From Bacillota bacterium (GTDB lineage Bacteria > Bacillota > Clostridia > Peptostreptococcales > Anaerovoracaceae), in contig JAFZRK010000053.1 of assembly GCA_017619905.1 (NCBI GenBank), positions 1 through 26,932 of the forward strand: 26,932 bases of DNA. The letters run 5' to 3'. Below are positions 24,945-26,932 of the stretch, piece by piece; position 1 is the stretch's first letter, and every line of letters begins with the position of its first letter. Under the pieces are notes generated by a model. It ran no database searches and was not told where the DNA came from. It saw only the letters and a program-made list of their open reading frames with translations. Made by a program: the position numbers and the translations under genes.

Positions 24945-26264
24945 TTAGTTATATGTTAATACGTACTTTCCGTTCTTGTACTCCACATGCACCGGCGTGG
25001 TGTCCGGCGTCTTGGGATAGTCTTCCTTTACGCGGTTGTAGTAGCCGGGACGCACCTCCGTGCTGAACCAGTCCAGTTCGGAGTCTATGCCCAGGAAGCC
25101 CACGTAGTTGCGGATGTACAGCGGCACCGCGTCCACGTGGTACCAGTTGCCGTCCAGTTTCACCATTACCCAGTAGTGGTGGTTGACGTAGGTCCCTATT
25201 ACTTCCTTTATCTCAAAGCCCATGGCCTCAGCCATCGCGCGGAACCCGCATGCGCAGGTGTAGCAGTCGCCCGGCTTGCCGTCCAGACACTTTATGGCTT
25301 CGTTTACGTAGTCGAACTGCGCGTGGCCGTTCTGGTACTCTATGTGCTCACGTATCCACAGGAACGCCGCGTAGAGCTTTTCGATGTCCGTCATCTCCGG
25401 CGTTATGATCTTGGCCAGCAGCGCGTCCACCTTCTGGTTCATCTTCTCGATGTTCTTGTAGCCGATGGGCTGCTCTTCCACCTTAAGGTTTATGGAGACC
25501 TGCGTGCTGTTGCCGCAGAAGTCCGTGGCGGTGTAGGTGACCGGGTAGATGCCCACCTTGTCCAGGTCCACCTGAGTGTTGTCGATGGTCAGCTTCGGCG
25601 ACGGGTCCATGTTGTCCGTTACGGTGACCCCCGCCTTGTACGCTATGGTCTCGCCTATGTAGACGGTGCGGTTCTTGACGCCCTCGATCACCGGGGGCTC
25701 CTTGTCGTCCACCAGCTCCAGCGTCGCCTTGACGGTGGTGCTGTTCTTGCCGGCGTCCGTGGCTGTGATCTCAACGTTCTGGACCGCGGTGGACTTGAAG
25801 TCCGGCTTCTTGCCGAAGCTGAAGGTGACCGCGGTCTTGTCCTCGCAGGAGGTAATGAAGTCCTCCGGCTTCAGCTCCTGGCCCAGTGCGCCCTTAAGAT
25901 CCTGCGCTTCCACGACCGGCGCCACGGTGTCCTTGATTATGAGCCGCGAGGACAGGGTGAACAGGCCGCCCTTTATCTTAACGATCTTGGTGGCGGGGAC
26001 GCTGGTGTCCAGGCCCGACAGATCCGTTGCAAGCGTGTATTTGTCCGGGTTGCGGCGCACGAACGCCTCGATGCCGGGCACGGGGCTTCCGGCTTCTATC
26101 TCGACCCTCTTCCTGACGTTTATGTGCAGTATGGCCGACACAAGCAGTATCAGCAGGACCAGCAGCAGCGCAAACACCACGTAGGCCCGCTTCTTGAGCC
26201 GTACCTTGCGCTTTTTGCGTGAACTGCGCGTTGGCTGTGTGCTGTAACGTTCTCTTTCTGCCAT
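24945..26264 (-). CDS. Membrane-anchored protein with Ig-like stalk repeats and a C-terminal transglutaminase-like (Cys-His-Asp) domain
   Basis: Basic N-terminus plus TM; repeated D..PPV/PV..TATD..GN units; GDCYT, HYW, HVDA. Confidence 0.8.
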   Translation of the reverse strand: MAERERYSTQPTRSSRKKRKVRLKKRAYVVFALLLVLLILLVSAILHINVRKRVEIEAGSPVPGIEAFVRRNPDKYTLATDLSGLDTSVPATKIVKIKGGLFTLSSRLIIKDTVAPVVEAQDLKGALGQELKPEDFITSCEDKTAVTFSFGKKPDFKSTAVQNVEITATDAGKNSTTVKATLELVDDKEPPVIEGVKNRTVYIGETIAYKAGVTVTDNMDPSPKLTIDNTQVDLDKVGIYPVTYTATDFCGNSTQVSINLKVEEQPIGYKNIEKMNQKVDALLAKIITPEMTDIEKLYAAFLWIREHIEYQNGHAQFDYVNEAIKCLDGKPGDCYTCACGFRAMAEAMGFEIKEVIGTYVNHHYWVMVKLDGNWYHVDAVPLYIRNYVGFLGIDSELDWFSTEVRPGYYNRVKEDYPKTPDTTPVHVEYKNGKYVLTYN

Positions 26265-26316
26265 TTATATATATCTTCCCAATAAGAAATCTACTATATC
26301 TATAATATAGCAGTTT

Positions 26317-26345
26317 ATTATATCACAATGTGTAGTTTATAGCAA
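26317..26345 (-). promoter_or_regulatory. SigA promoter for the transglutaminase-ACP-MBOAT operon
   Basis: Minus strand TTGCTA-17 nt (ending TGA)-TATAAT. Confidence 0.7.
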
Positions 26346-26381
26346 CGCGGCAAGGGTGACGTTTCTGTGATGTTATCGGCC

Positions 26382-26441
26382 CGGAACCGGCATCGCGGAC
26401 TTGAGAAACAGACACGGAACCGGCATCGCGGACTTGAGAAA
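26382..26441. repeat. 27-bp direct repeat, 33-bp period, containing the -35 hexamer
   Basis: CGGAACCGGCATCGCGGACTTGAGAAA at 26382-26408 and 26415-26441. Confidence 0.9.
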
Positions 26442-26462
26442 ACGCCGCGCCGGCTATATAAT
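26434..26462 (+). promoter_or_regulatory. SigA promoter for the adenylation-domain gene
   Basis: TTGAGA (26434-26439)-17 nt-TATAAT (26457-26462); second TATAAT at 26463-26468. Confidence 0.7.
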
Positions 26463-26589
26463 TATAATGTTATGCAGCAAACTTCACGGTGTACCGTGAA
26501 TGTCGATAAAAGTGCCCCGGTAAACGGGGACCGCAGGAAAACGGAGGACCCCGGAACGCGGGGGCCCTCAGCAGACAGGGAGTCAAAAC

Positions 26590-26932
26590 ATGGAAAGATC
26601 GGTGCTGGGACGCCTGGACAGGGCCGCGGAACTCTGGCCGGACAGGACGATGCTCAAGGACAGCGAAAGGTCGCTCACTTTTTCGGAGTTCAGCGGACTT
26701 AGCAAGCGCATAGGGACCGCTCTGGCGGCCCGCATAGAAGCCGGAAAGCCGGTGGCGGTGCTGTCCGGAAGGCACGTGTTCACGCCGGCCGCCTACCTTG
26801 GAATAGTGCGGGCGGGCTGCTTCTACGCGCCCATGGACGGCGACGTCCCCAAGGCGCGCCTCAACCAGGTGCTGTCGGTGATAAACGCGGACCTGATGGT
26901 GGTGGACAGGGACCATCTGGAAGTGGCAAAAG
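26590..26932 (+). CDS. Amino-acid adenylation domain / AMP-binding enzyme (DltA-like), N-terminal part, truncated by window end
   Basis: My translation from ATG 26590: MERSVLGRLDRAAELWPDRTMLKDSERSLTFSEF...GIVRAGCFYAPMD...PKARL, matching A1/A2-region patterns (LTYxEL, AGxxYxPxD, PxxRL). Absent from the ORF track because it has no stop. GGGAG SD. Confidence 0.85.
   Translation, partial: MERSVLGRLDRAAELWPDRTMLKDSERSLTFSEFSGLSKRIGTALAARIEAGKPVAVLSGRHVFTPAAYLGIVRAGCFYAPMDGDVPKARLNQVLSVINADLMVVDRDHLEVAK

Noticed and set aside
21957-26932. Calling the cluster dltABCD
   Set aside because: Gene order, AlgI-like MBOAT length, Cys nucleophile, absence of dltX and incomplete A-domain do not support the canonical names.
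1-26932. tRNA, rRNA, known riboswitch, transposase or phage genes
   Set aside because: None recognised by eye; a tRNAscan/Infernal run would be needed to exclude divergent ncRNAs.

Overview
High-GC (about 60% by eye) bacterial chromosomal DNA. The gene repertoire, SigA-type TTG..-TATAAT promoters and strong GGAGG Shine-Dalgarno sites point to a Bacillota (probably Clostridia) host; this assignment is inference. The window is mostly housekeeping and envelope genes: a partial membrane protein, an SDR, a Cys/His-repeat lipoprotein, an ABC exporter pair whose permease carries an in-frame TAG, the ddl-DUF1934 operon, ispE, trxA, a CCA/HD nucleotidyltransferase, GDPD, a low-GC lipoprotein, rhomboid, MFS, an NTP transferase-3xM42-GNAT-HAD run, PAP2 and chorismate mutase. 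It ends in a dlt/algI-like acyl-transfer cluster (transglutaminase-like protein, ACP, MBOAT, SGNH-like protein, lipoprotein) with a divergent adenylation-domain gene cut by the window end. I recognised no rRNA, tRNA, CRISPR array or transposase. The strongest unexplained signals are: (1) a 19-bp palindrome GCAACT-N7-AGTTGC with AT-rich spacer, seen seven times, in terminator-like hairpins, inside in-frame insertions of ispE and the HAD gene, and in ordinary coding sequence; (2) a ~53-bp-period array of alternately oriented TTCCCCCTGTTTT motifs at 10181-10378; (3) the dlt-like cluster, whose SGNH-like partner has Cys where the catalytic Ser is expected. All scanning was by eye, so copies may have been missed.
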